A stretch of 64,000 nucleotides of DNA from Guillardia theta CCMP2712 (GCF_000315625.1 NW_005434576.1:124001-188000), one strand, 5' to 3'; positions 1-13,136 are shown, numbered from the stretch's first letter. Program-made: numbers and translations. The notes: generated by a model not told the origin, from the letters alone.

Positions 1-237
1 AAAGGAGAAGCAAACACGGGAGGACAAGAGAAGAGTGTAGGGGACGACAGCGAAGTTACCTGCCGCGACAAGGAGGAGGCAGCAGTGGTTAGGATGAAGC
101 CTTTGCATGCAAGGGCGGACAAAAGGACTGCAAGCAGGCCCGCGGCTGAGAGGTCGAGGAAGAAGCTCAGGAAGGAGGTGAAGGTGACGAGTGGGAAGGG
201 ACCCATGGACGCCTTCCTGGTCGCCATGAACAAGTGA
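1..237 (+). CDS. 3' end of a gene entering from the left edge; basic C-terminal tail
   Basis: Frame 1 is open from base 1 to TGA 235-237 and ends ...RSRKKLRKEVKVTSGKGPMDAFLVAMNK*. Confidence 0.55.
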   Translation, partial: KGEANTGGQEKSVGDDSEVTCRDKEEAAVVRMKPLHARADKRTASRPAAERSRKKLRKEVKVTSGKGPMDAFLVAMNK

Positions 238-460
238 AGACAGCGCTTGTCAACAATGAATATCTTACAGACTGAATCATCACAATACCTTCTCCTCCCC
301 TCTTACTCCTTCCTCTTTCCTTTCTCCTGCTCCTCCCTCCACCCCTACTCTTGCTCCTGCTCCTGCTCCTGCTCTTTCTCGTCGAAGCTGAACCAGTTAA
401 ACACCCTTGGCCTTTCCCCCTCCTCCTGATGCTTCAAGAGGTCTCGTCCTGCCCTGTCCT

Positions 461-3400
461 TCATGGCCACTTGAAGCTCGCTTCGTTGAGCACGACGTCT
501 TCCGCAGTTAGAAATCTCAACACGTAGGGCGTGCCAGGTGCAGCTCGCAGCATCAAGTTTGCCTGCAATCTTCGTCATCCTCCTCCTCCTCCTCCTCCTC
601 CTCCTCCTCCTCCTCCCTATCATCATCATCATCATCTTCACCACCACCATCCTCCTCCTCTATCCTCTTCTATCTCGACCTTCCTCTACCTCCCCTCCGC
701 TCTTTTCCCGCTCCTCCTCTCGCAACTCACATGCTTGTTGCGATTCAATGTGATAGTCTGCTTCCCCGACGATCGCACGTTCTGATTCTCTCCGATCTTG
801 ATGCTCCCTTGGGGCTCGGCGAGAGACGCTCCCTTCCTGTACAGACCGATCCACATGCCGCTCGAGGCTGCCGCTGCGGGCTGAACGTCCCACTCCACGT
901 CCACCTGCAACTTCAGAGTCAAATCGCTCTCGAGGACCTTCAATGTCTTTCGCCTTCCTTCTCCTTCCTCCCCCTGGGTTGCGATCCCTGAACTCACCTC
1001 CCTGCGCCCCCTCCACGCTAACCATATTCATCTGCTCCTCTCCTACTCTCCGCTCTATCCCCACTCCCTCCTCCTGCTCCTGCGCCTCCCTGCCATCACC
1101 TCGAGCAACTTGGCATTGTAGCGATAGGCGTATTTCATGGAAACAGAGCCCACAACAACCTCAGCCGTCGCCTGCACCTTTCCGAGTGCCACCATGCCTG
1201 CAAGAAGGTTTCAGGAGGAGGAGTGCAAGAAATGTGTGAGAGAGAGCAGGCTGGGTGAAGGAGGGGAGGCCAGGACGAGGAAAGAGAGCAGAACAAGAAG
1301 AGAGGAGAGGAGGGAGGGAGGGAGGGAGGGAGGGAGGGAGGGAAGGAGGGAGAGAGGTGGGAGGGAGAGAGGTGGCAAGACCTAGAGTGTACGTTGCCGA
1401 TGGGATACCCGAGACGTCCAACGTCACGATCCCTTCCCGCTGACCCTCAACTGTCCCGAGCTTGTACCACGAGTCTCGCTGCTCGTTTTGGAAGAGACCG
1501 AACTCCTGAGAAGCAATGAGACCAGATGAGGGCAAGAAAGGAGACGAAGACGGAGGAGCAGAAAGGAGAGGAGGGTGAGGAGGAAGGGGGTTCTGGAGGA
1601 CTTGGAGGGGGAAGGGGAGGAGGGGAGGAGTAGACGGAGAAGGAGTAGGCGAAGGAGGAGAGGAGGAGGAGAAGGACAAACCTTGGAAGAAGGCGGGTTC
1701 GAGTCCTGCTCGAGAGGCATGCTAAACTCAGCCCTCAAAGTGCTGAAGCACAGGTGGGGAGCGACTAGCCGGACGGGCTGGGGTGTTGTGACGGTCTTGG
1801 CCGCCTCCTCTGCCTGCTGATTGTGCTTTGCCCGCAGCTTCTTCGCCTCTTCCTCGTCTTGCCATCGCTGAGCAAAACGTGTCCTCGATTCGGCAATGAA
1901 CTGAGCCGACAGAAGGTCAGCACTTCTACAACAGGAGGAGGAGGACAGAGGGGGGAGAAGAGGGTGGTGGTGGTGGTGGTGGTGGTGGTGGTGGTGGTGG
2001 TGGTGGTGGTGGTGGTGGAGGAGGAGGCCACCTTCTTCTTCGCGTCCTCCGCTGCCGGCTCTACGGCGCTGCATCGCTCCACCACCACCACGTCCGGCCA
2101 CAGGCGCTGCAGAGGGAGCTGATATCCCCTGCTGACCCCGAACTCGTTGCTTCCCAGGTACTTGGCATAGTACACCGCAAACTCCCCAGCTGGAAGAGGA
2201 GGCAGGGACAAGACCCCGGTGGAGGCGCAGGTGGACCCAGCAGCCCAGGAGCTCTTTCCCCCGCAGATGTGGAGGGGGTCCGACGCAGCTGCAGCCCACC
2301 CTCCTGCTGGGGTCCAGGGCGTGACGTCCTTGCGGAAGACCTTGGAGAGTGTGAGGCGAGGGAGAGCGAGGAAGAAGACGAAGAAGGGAGAGGGGAGAGC
2401 AAAACAGATGAGGAGTGATGGCGGCAAGACGAGGACGGGGAAGAAAGTGAACGGGACGAGGAGAGGAGGACGAGGAGAAGGAAGTTGGAACAAGCATAAA
2501 GGTTCCGCATCACCTGGACGTATCCACCAGGTACAAACTTCGCCTCCTCCTCCTGCAACGACCACGAGATGAAGGGTCTCTGCTCCGTTTTGCCCGTCTG
2601 CGTGCAGACAACGTTGGAACCGACCACGATCTTGTTCTCGCAGAGAGGGCCGAAGTGACCAGGACGGCACACGCAGGAGCACGTCCGAGGGTCGAGCTTT
2701 CCTCCCTCGCTGCATTTGAGGGAGCAAACACTGCAAGTGTCTCCCGTCCACTCCCCCTGGCAGCGGCAGCGGCAGCGCTTGTCCAGCTCAGCCCCGTTAG
2801 AGCAAACTTTAGACCCGCAGATCGAGGGCTTCTGGGGAGTGATGAACCACACGCTGTCATGCCAGAGAGGAGGAGAAGGAGGGGGAAGGGGAGGAGGAGG
2901 AGGAGGAGGAGGAGGAGGAGGAGGAGGAGAAGGAAGGGAATAGAAGAGGAAGCAAATGACAAGGAGGATTCAACAAGAGCAGAAGGATAAGAGGAAGAGG
3001 AGAAGAACGTCAGAAGAAGCAAGTCAACTGCCCTCCACCCTCTTACCCGAGGCTCTCAATTCCGCACTCGTCGACTCCCCTCTTGATCTTGAACCTTCCC
3101 TTGTCCCCCCATTTCTCTGACCAGGAGTTCTGAAGGAGCCAGTAGTCCTGCCCTGTCTCCTTATCCGTCCCCCACCCCACCATCATCACGGCATGACCCC
3201 CAGTCTTCCCTTGCGCGAGCGCCTCCTTGCTCGCCGAGTACACCCCACCCGTGTACGCCATGAAGTCCGAGTACACCCAGAACGCGGCGAAGACGGGCCC
3301 GTTGCTCAGAATCTCCGACTGGATCTGGCGGACGTTGTCTTGGATGACGCCGAGTGAAGAGGCCTTCACTGAGTAGTCCGGGCCGAGACTGCAGACGTCC

Positions 3401-5312
3401 GAGCAGGCTGGCCCTCCTCCTCCGACATCCTTGGCAAGATAGGGCATGCACCATCCGGGAACACGGCCGCTGGTGTACATCTGAGAGTAGCGACAAGTTA
3501 AGAGGAGGCAGAAGAGCGAACCGAGGGAGGGCATGAGGAGGAGGAAAGCCGGAGGAGGAGAGAGAGCCGGTGGTGGTGATAGTATTGGAGGAGAGTACGA
3601 GACTTCACCTGTTCGAAGGTATCGATCGCATTCCCGCCGCTGCATCCATCATTTGAATTGCAAGAAACCTGCTTTCATGTCAAACTGACATCGCGCCTTC
3701 TCAACTTCCTCACAATCTGCTGGGGACTCAGATCGATGTTGAACTGTCCTCCTGTCTGAGCACACAGGCGAGCCTGGAATCCGACTTCAGAGAAGCAGAA
3801 GAGACAGAAAAAGGAGAAAGAGAAGAAAAAGAGTGAAAACGAGGAAGAGGATGGGAGGAACGACGTCGAGGGACACAAGAGGAGGAAGACGATAACGATG
3901 ATCATGATTATGATGAGTACGAATAGGAGGGGGAGGAGAAGAGTTAGTGACCGAGTAGACTGCAGCAGCAGCGAAGGCATAACACGACCCGCAGCTCTTC
4001 TGGTCCTTGGGAGTGAAGGCCTTGCAGCTTGAGAACCTCTCTGAAGCGTCGTACTCATCTACAGCCATACGTCAACTGGCGTCCCAAGTCTGCAAGCCCG
4101 AGGGAAACCTGGAATGACTTCGAGCAGCAGCATCGTTGTCTGTTTCCTGATGCGCAGAACCTCGGACGCATTCGGAGGCTTGTACCCCAGGCTCGTCGGC
4201 TGTCGATCTTTGTATGCTGCCGGCCATGCGATCCCGTTGTTGGACCAGCTTGCGTTGTTCGGCCAGACCAGGTCCTGACCCCAATTGAGATTACCTGAGA
4301 TCCACTGTGTCAAAACAGAGGAGATACATAGTTGTCGATGATGAGAAGGACAAGGAAGAAGCGTGGGGGTAGCGGAGGATACAGGAAGAGGAGAGGGAGG
4401 GGAGGGGAGGGGAGAAGGAAGAGCACCATTGGAGGATGGCTGGGACGGAGGAGGTGACGAGGAGGGAGGAGCCTGCGGTCTTGGGATGTTCTCTGGTTGA
4501 TTCCTGGGCCATTCGATCTCATTCACATTGGAACCAGCAGCCGACTGGTTGCCTTGACAGGGGGATGGGTGCACTGATCTTATCTTGAACATGCCGAGAA
4601 GCTCTGGGATTTGGTCCTTGTGCCTCGTCGATGCTGGGACACGATCCTTGAAGGCTGGCAAGCGAACAACAGAGAGCGAGTAGATGTACTTGTCCTCCAC
4701 GAGCAGCGCCATCTTCATTCTGAAAGTTTTCATCAGTGTCCCATTGCAACCGTAATGGTTGGAAAGGAAGCTGGGCGGGGAGGGGAGGTTGGCAAGGTGG
4801 AATTTGGTGGTGGAGGAAAGGGTTTGCAGCTCATGACAACGGATGTGAACAGGGTCAGGAACGGTCGAGCAGCTTCACCTGTAACCGCCATCGATGATCC
4901 TTGCTTGGGCCGAGGTAATCTTGTAGTAAGAGTATCCTCGCATACCGCAGAGAGCTCTGTCCTGATTGATGCGGGCGAAGCAATACTCTCCTCCCTGCAC
5001 AGCTTCATCGCTGTTCGTATCGAGGACTCTGATCCCATCGAGGAGCGGATAGTCAGCCTCCTCCTCATTCACCTCAGTCGGAACGCCAGGGGTCTCCTGA
5101 GTCCAGTCCTTGACCCACATGGGGAGGAGCTCGCTTCCTCGTCGAGTGTCAGCGCGATCGTCTCTCATCCCAAGTCCGACCATGGCCACTGCAACTGCCG
5201 CCATTGAGAGACCGATGAGGAGGAGGGCAGCCTGCCGCCTCCTACCCCTCTGACCTTGAACATCAACAGGTGCCACAAGCTCCCTCCCCTCCCTTGTCCT
5301 CCCTCCTTCCAT
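461..5312 (-). CDS. Multi-exon type II membrane papain-family (C1A, cathepsin B-like) cysteine protease: TM, cystatin-like domain, propeptide, peptidase, EGF-like repeats, Ig-like C-terminal domains
   Basis: Catalytic motifs DQKSCGSCYAF (~3970-4010), GGHAVMMVGWG and YWLLQNSWSEKWGDKGRFKIKRGVDECGIE (3043-3200). EGF-like CRCQGEWTGDTC and CVCRPGHFGPLCE (2630-2850). N-terminal hydrophobic stretch AALLLIGLSMAAVAVAMVGLGM. Last exon ANLMLRAAPGTPYVLRFL...FKWP* ends at 461. Confidence 0.88.
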
Positions 5313-5517
5313 CCTTGACGACGATCGAGCACTCACTTCAGTCTGCTCCTCCTGGTCTTGTCCTCTTGTCTCTCCTTCACTTCCTCTCGCCCTTCCTCCC
5401 CTTCTCCCTCACCACAGCAAAACCCAATCTGCCATGGCGCCAGAAATAGGAGGGTGCGAGGGGGGACGAGGGGTTTTGTGGGGATTGCGGGGGGATGTGG
5501 GTACCGCTATTTCGGGC

Positions 5518-7361
5518 ATGGCGGGCAGAGCAAGGTGGGCAGCTACATGGTTGGCGCTGGCAGCGCTGGCGGCAATGGTGGTTCTGATAGCGCAAGGAGA
5601 CGGTGAAGGAAGGGAGAAGGTGAGCCCGTCCCTCCTGCTCCTGCTCCTGCTCTCCTCCCTCCCTCCCTTCCGTGTTCCGCCATCCCTTCGTTTCACCCTC
5701 CTTCCGCTCGGCAGCCTCTTGCGGCGTCTTGATCGCTCGTTTTCTCAGGGCTCCAGTCTGGCCGAGTACGACAAGTTTGGTATCCCAAAGGATGAAGCTG
5801 TTGACTCGCCCATCGACCACAAGCTACACCTCGAGAAGCAACTGCTGCAAACCGTAACTGAGCTCGGGAACGTTGACGGTTGTGCTGACATGTCGGTGTA
5901 GATCAAGGGTCTCCAGCAAAGGGTTGACGGCCTCTCGTCCGAGATGGAGAAGATCAAGGAATCTTCAGTGGGTAGCTCGCACAGCAAGGAAGGCGCGATG
6001 AAGCGCCTCTTGCACAAGCATCAAACACTGGAGAAGGATCGGTACGCGCCGGTAGTGGTTCCTGAGGAGAAGGAGAATGCGAGGAGACAGGAGGAGGAGC
6101 CGGCGCAAGGCGAGCAGGAGCAGATGGAGCAGGACCACCAGGAAGCAGCTGTCGAGGACAGACATGCGCCCAACCGTCAGCATGTTCGAGCGCAGGTTGC
6201 AAGGGAGCCGGTCATGTCGGTTGAGGGGCAGAGAGAAATGGACGAGATGATCGGCATGCAGATCGGGAAGGCGATCAGTCGAGCAGTGGCAGGAACTCTC
6301 AAGGAGGAGATCCACCACGTCCTCGTCTCCGAGTTGTCCAGAGAGAAGGCGGCGAAGGCTTCAAAGCATGTACCTGCGAAGCAGCAGCGCAACAACCAGC
6401 AGGTCGCCGCCAAAAGAAGCGCACCAAAGGAAGCCTATCCAGCAGCCACGTCGCCGCCTGTGAAAGTTGGTCATCCAGTCGAGGCCAAGAAGGCAGCAGC
6501 TGCTGTGGGAGCAGGAGGAGCTCGCAAGGTCGCAGCCTCGCAGGAGGAACCTGCTGCTGCAAATGCACAAGACCCGAGGAAGGAGCTCGACGAGCTTCAA
6601 TCCAAGGTGGAGACGTTGGCAGCAATGGAACGAGAGGCGCTGGACAACCTCCCGCAGGTCATGATGATGATGATGAGGAGGGGGAGGAGAAGGACAAGGA
6701 GTTGAGGGGATGGTGGTGGTGGTGGTGGAGGAGGAGGAGGAGGAAGAGGACGGGAAGAGAAATTTCGATGATAGCGAGGAGAGCGATGCTTTCAGCCAGC
6801 TGAATTCTTCGCAGGTAGAGAACAAGGAGGCTCTTGCCCGCTCCTCCATCGCCAGCACCCTTCAGTCCCTGAGGATAGCCAAGGACAGGTTAGCTTCCTG
6901 CTGGGGAGGAGCGGCGAGGCTGACGGAGGAGCAGGAGCGTGTTGGCGCAGCGAGCTGTGGATGACGATAAAGTGACATCGAACATGCAGCAGCTCAAGTT
7001 CGATCAGATGACCGCACAGCGCGCGACTGAGATCGAGGATGCGGTAAGAGGATGGAGAGAGCGGGATAGTGGATGGAGAGAACGGGGTGAGGGGGGTCGA
7101 AGGGAGACGGAGAGAGGAGGGAGGTGATGGAGGAGAGGAGGAAGGTGGTGGAGCTGACGTGACGGGCAGGTGAAGAGGGAGTTGCAGAAGGAGCTTCATC
7201 GGCAGGCGGAGCTGAAGCTGGAGGCAGAGAGAGGCCCGCTGCTCGCTCGGCGACTGCACCTGGCCAGGAAGGAGCTGAGGGAGGAGAAGGATAAGATGAA
7301 GAGATGGTCGGAGGAGCAGGAGGCGCAGAAGCTGGAGGAGAACATGAACTTTGCAGCCTGA
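5518..7361 (+). CDS. Multi-exon N-terminally anchored coiled-coil protein of unknown function, divergent from the protease gene
   Basis: N-terminus MAGRARWAATWLALAALAAMVVLIAQ; long exon ~5902-6657; E/K/Q/R-rich heptad-like exons ending ...QKLEENMNFAA*. Confidence 0.6.
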
Positions 7362-7542
7362 GGAGGAGGAGAGCTGGGTGTTCACTTGATATTGTTTGTC
7401 TTGTTTCTCTGTCTCGTCCCTTTTCCTTCCGCTTGCTCCCTCTCACTTATCTGTAATCCTTTTCTTCTTCTCTTCTCCTCTCTTCCCTTCTGTCTCTCTA
7501 TCTCTTTCTGTCTTTCTTTAAACTTTTTTAAAAAATTGCTTA

Positions 7543-8425
7543 TCATCCCGCCTTCCCGCATATCGCGAGCTGATGGAGGAACTGAAGAGCAGGAGGCGAG
7601 AAGGTGAGAAGGGTGAAAGCACCATGAGATTAGGAACGATGCAGAAATCGTGGATTCGAGTGCATATGGAAGGTGGATGAAGTGGAGGAGGAGGAGGAAG
7701 AGGAGGAGGAAGAGACAAACAGTGTCAGTTCCGCAAGGAAGAGAGGAATATCGACCTGATCGGGGCTAATCATGTCCGTCGTTCCATAGCAACTGGAAAC
7801 TCCAACCTGAAGCAGGAAGTAAGGGAGGACGGAGAGAGCAGGCGAAGCAAGGAGAGGAGGCGGAGGCGGAGGGAGGGGGGAGTAGGGGATGCGAGAAGTA
7901 GGAGGGAGGAGGGGGAGAGGGAAGGAGAATCACCTGGTCCAGCGCCTTCCGTATGTCCATCATCTCAACGAAATTGCCACCGCCGTTGACGAAGACCATG
8001 GCATGCGTGACATCCGCGAGGGCATCACTGACTGAAGTCAGCAGGAGGTGGAGGGGAGTGGAGAGCAGGGAGGAGGGATGAAAGTGAGTAAGTGAGAGAG
8101 CAGGGAGGAAGGGAGAGAGAGCAGGGAGGAAGGGGGAGAGAGCAGGGGAGAGATCAAGGGAGAGAAGGAGCCGGGGAGAACGAGAAGGGGGAGGGAGGCA
8201 GGAGAGGAGAAAATGCGGGAAATACCAAATCCTCATCTCATGGAAAGGATCGAAGGAGACGAAATTTCGGGAGATTTCTGCCTCTACGGAGGAGGGAAGT
8301 TTTTCATCCCCTCTCCCCTTTGCGCCTCCTCTCTCCATTCTCTCCTGCAGCGCATCTTGAAGCTGGATGACGAGCTGCCGTACCATCCTTGCCAGCGAGC
8401 TCTGCGCCGCGTCAGCAACTTGCTT

Positions 8426-8472
<47 letters not shown>

Positions 8473-11400
8473 CCTCCTGTTCCTGCTCCTGCTCCTGCTC
8501 CCCTCCTGCTCCCGATTACCTGCACGTTTGCTGTCCCCGCCAGACTCAACCTTTCCGTGCTTGCCGACAAGATCCCTGCGACATGTCAAAGAGACAAAGC
8601 GAAACTTGTTGGCAGAAGAATGAGGAAAGGAGAACGAGTACAGAATGGGAAGAGAAGAGATGGTGAAGGAAGAAAGGGGATGGGAGGAGGGGGAGGAGGA
8701 GGAGGAGGAGGAGGAGGAGGAGGAGGAGGAGGAGGAGGAGCATACCTGCTACCATGCCTTTGGGACGGCCAAAGTCAAGGTTCGCATCCATTTTCTTGAG
8801 GTGCAGGAGGTGACTGAAAACACTCGTGTCGCTCCCTCCCGCCCTGCCGCGTTTCTCCGTCAGCGGCTGGGAAGAGATGGGAGGAGCTAAAGAGAAGTAG
8901 GGGGGGGGGGGGAGGGACAAGGAGCTGAGAGGAGGGAGGAGGGAGGGGAGGACGGAGTTTGTGAGGACGAGGCAGGAATAAACGAAGAATTCACTGAGAG
9001 ATGAGAAAGAGGCGGGTTGGCCGCACGAGCGACGAAGAGCGAAAGGGAGAAAATGAAGGAGATGGCAGTGCAGGACGTAGAGGAGGAGGGGGAGGGTATG
9101 GAAGACCTGGGAGGGGAGTAAAGGGGAGTGGAGAGGGAGGGAGGAGGAATGACAAAGATAGGGAAGGAAGGGGAGGGAGGGGAGAAAAGGAGTCAGGGAG
9201 GAATCACCTGACGTATTTGAAGAGCTCTTGGAGGAGTTCGTCCTCTAAGGAGCAGCACATGTAGAGGATGAGAAAGAGCCTCATCCTGTCGTTGGCCGTG
9301 CAGGAAATTTTGACGCGATCCTCCTCCGGCACCTGGATCTTGTAGCCGGACAGGAGATCTTCGATGGCTGGACGCGCTTCAGAGGAGAGGATGGAGCTGA
9401 GGATGAGGGGTAGAGGGGGATTGGGGGAAGGAGGGAAAGAGGAGTTGGGGGAAAGTAGGAAGAGGAGGAGAAGAACGACGAAAGTTAGAGGAGAGGTGGT
9501 GGCGGTAGTGGATGGAGATAGGGCATAAGGAGTGGGAAGAGGGAGAGAGAGAGCAGGTCAACCGTCGATGTTGGGAGCGTGAGGTTTCGACAGGATTTTC
9601 GATTCGACTTCGTAGAAGTCATCTAGCCCCCTCTTCTCAATCTCCTGCTCCTCCAATCAGCATCATCACCGCATTAGGGTATCTTGCTACTGCCCCACTC
9701 CTCCTCTTCCTTCATTCCTTCCTCCTCCTTCCTACGTCATAACCCCTGCGAGTCCTTCTTGTTTCTTCTCCCTAGCCTTCTCCTCCCCTTCCTCCCTCGC
9801 CTCCTCCTCCCCTTCCTCCCTCGCCTCCTTCTCCCCTCCCTCCCTCCCCTCCCTCCCTCCTCCCTCTTGCCTCCTGCTCCTTCGTCTGACCCCCATGCTT
9901 CATACCTCCGCAAGGTTCGTGACTATCTTCATGTGAGCATCTAGAATACGACCGCGAAAGGCTCTGCACAGAAGGAGTCAGCAAATCTTCTTCCTCTCCT
10001 CCAACCGATTCCCCCATCCTCTGATCCTCCCCTCAACTTTTTCAATGTCCCTTCTTTCAACCTCCTCCTCTTGTTCCCCTTTGCCCCCGTCCTCCTCAAA
10101 TCCTGCTTGTATCTTCCTCCAGCCGTCTTTCTCTCCCACTACCTCTTCATCCCGTCCTCTGTGCAAGTCGTTCCATTGTCCCACCTTCCCCTCTCCTCCT
10201 CGCCTCTCACTTACTGTTTCAATTCTGCTCTGAGAGGAGACTCGGGATCCACCTCCTCGTCCTGTTTGAACAATTTTTGAGGAAAAGCTGGGGGAGAGGG
10301 CAAGCTGGAGGAGGGGCGAGTGAAGAGAGGAAGAAGGAGAGCGGAGAGAAAGAGCAGGAGCAGGAGGAGAGCAGGAGCAGGAGGAACAGGAGCAGGAGAG
10401 CAGCAGCAGGAGGAGGAGCAGCAGTAGTAGAACCAGGGGCAGGAGGGCAAAGGGGAGAGTACTTTATCAAAGGACAGCCGGTCCTGCAGATCCTTCACCA
10501 CGTTGGGGATGGTATCGTTGAGGTTCTTACACCAGAAATTATCCTCCTTGCCTGTAGCTGTGTGAGACTTTTGATGACGTGGCAGCGGGAAATGAGAAGA
10601 GAGAGCAAACGATACAAAGGCAACGAATTCAAGGCGGGAGACGATCAGTCAGACAGATGGAGGAGGAGCAGGAGCAGCAGAAATCAGAGCAGAGCAGAAG
10701 TAGGTGGAGACAAGGAAGTAGTAGTAGTAGGAGTAGTAGGAGGAGGAGGAGTAGGAGTAGGAGGAGGAGGAGTAGGAGGAGGAGGAGTAGGAGGTGGTGG
10801 AAGAGGAAAGGAATAGCGGGACAGGAGAGGGAGTAGGAGCATAAGGAAAGGGAAGGTCATAACGTACTCAAGGGCCAGAAGAAGTGCTTAGGAGAAGTGC
10901 TGTTTGAAGATTGCTCTATAACCCCACCTCATGTCAGTGAGCATTATCAACAAAAGTGCCGGAAACACATCTTCTTGAAGTTTGCAAGACATCGCTCCCC
11001 TCTCCTTAGCCCTGATGGCCTCCACCATGAACTTTTGTCATCTTTCTCCTCCTCCTCCTTATCGTCGTCGTCGTGGTCGTCCCATCCTCCTCCTCCTCCT
11101 CCTCCTCCTCCTCATCATCATCATCATCATCACCATCTGAGTTGGACCATTGCAATCGTTTCAATGATGTCGTACTTCACCTTGTTTCGTCGGGATGGCA
11201 ACCGTGTTGACATGTATACCAAGACAGTCATGGATCAGCGGTCTGTATTCGCAATGATGATGCAGCATGATCGGAAAATCGACAATCTGCAAACAGTCTT
11301 ACATCCCATCATCCATCATCACAGACAAGAAGCGTGTCGTGCAATGTCCAGAGATCAGAGAAAGACAGCTATCACATCTCCTCACCCGGTCTGCGATCAC

Positions 11401-12110
11401 AAGGATGGGACGAGGGGTCTCATCTATCTCAGGGTTCTCCCCGTCCTTTGTGGGCTCGAACGAGTAGATATGCCTCCCGAGCTGCTCATTGATCTTCGCC
11501 CTCAACCTCTCTGCGACCCTGATTGCCCACATGCTGCGATGTTGCGTTTCAAGTTTGTTTGTTCGGTCGGAGATGCAAGGATTGGTTGCAGAGAAAACAC
11601 GATCAGCAAGATTGAAAGGGAGAGGCAACCTCCAATCTCTCGTACCTCTTCTGCGCGAAGATCACTGGCTTCAGGTTGCAAGTGATCAGAACGTTAAGAA
11701 GTCCTTCAGAGATTTGCTGCAAACTCCGTCTTCAGGCGCAAACATCGCAGGACAGGTTCTGGATACCTCTACCATGTCATGGTAATCGCCTTTCTTATGA
11801 CACATATGCAGGTTAGAGTAGCAATCTCTCAAGCCCAGCTCGAACATGTCGTCGTCTGCAAGTGAGCTCTTCCTTCAGTAAATTGTACACTTGTGAACAG
11901 GATTGCAATCAAGACCGAGAGAGATGAAGTCTATCGGAAGAGTGATACACGAGCTGAGAGTTGCCTTGAGAGCATCTTCCGGAAACTCCTGAGCAACCAG
12001 CCTGTCACCTTCGGGACTAAGAACGTGTCGTTTGAGAAGAAGAAATCCACGAGGAGAAAGTGCTACAATCGTCGTCTTCATCATCGTCCCATCATCATCA
12101 TCATCAACAA

Positions 12111-12145
<35 letters not shown>

Positions 12146-13136
12146 TTCGTGAAGATAACAAAAGACAACAGAACGATCATATTTAAAGTTCGGATCATTT
12201 ACAAGCAATGTGTAGCAAGTGGCACGACAAATACAATTGCAAGCATGTCAACAGCAACAATCATGCAAACCTTGAAAATGTCATGCACTCTCGATGGATT
12301 ATGCGGCCCTGACAGGTGTAGGTAATAAGATGTATATTGGTTTCTAAGGAAACTCTGCATGATCTGCTCGATCTGATCAGAGGACGAAAACATCAAGAAT
12401 TCTTCATCAAGGGTCTTACAGCTTTGGCTGTGTGATTGTTCAATCGGCAGAACATCATCACCGGCACGTCCAGACTACCTTCACCCTCATTGATATGTTG
12501 GTGATTCACCACTCCGTGCAGCACTGGAAATCTCACAAGTCAACCCGACGGCAGCGAATCGGAGGGAAGTCAAGGGGATCACTTAAATCAAAAGGTCTGA
12601 TAGCCATCGACAACACGTCTCTCCAGTGCTCGTCGTACTCTATCATGCGGAGAGCTCCGATTTCTGTCGTCGGTCAACGGGAGGGATGCGTTGCTAGTGA
12701 TCAGGGCTTACTCATCGAGGAGTTGTAAGGTTTGACTCGACTGAGGACTTGTTCCAAGACTGAAGCTTGCTTCTTGACGAGAGACTGAGGAAGAGGAGGA
12801 GGAGGAGTATGTGAATGGGGAGGAGGAGGATGTGGAGGAGGAGAAGGGGGAGGAGAGTGAGATTCTCCTCTCCATCTCGAGCAAACAAGGAATCCTTACG
12901 TATGGCAACGACGACGCATGCACTCCTTGCACTTGCACCGCTTCCCCTTGGCCGCTACCGCCTCGAAGGCGAAGCCAAAGATCGCCTCGATGCAGATTTC
13001 CCACAGACGTCACACCTGGCAACACCTCGTCATGTGACGATGCAGGTGTACCACGGCCGGTCTCACATCCAATGGAAGGCAGCAGAAGGGCAAGGGTTGC
13101 CAGTCCCATGTGCATGACAGTCCTCGCGGGCGCCAT
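7543..13136 (-). CDS. Sec1/Munc18 (SM) family protein, Sly1/SCFD1-like, with N-terminal signal peptide and LRLRGG
   Basis: Spliced motifs SLVKKQASVLEQVL, MIEYDEHWRDVLS, QIEQIMQSFLRNQYTSYYLHL, RPILVIADR/DFPIMLHHHCEYRPLIHDCLGIHVNTV, AMVFVNGGGNFVEMMDI and YGTTDMISPDQ/FLHQLAICGKAG*, in the order expected for SM proteins. Confidence 0.82.
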
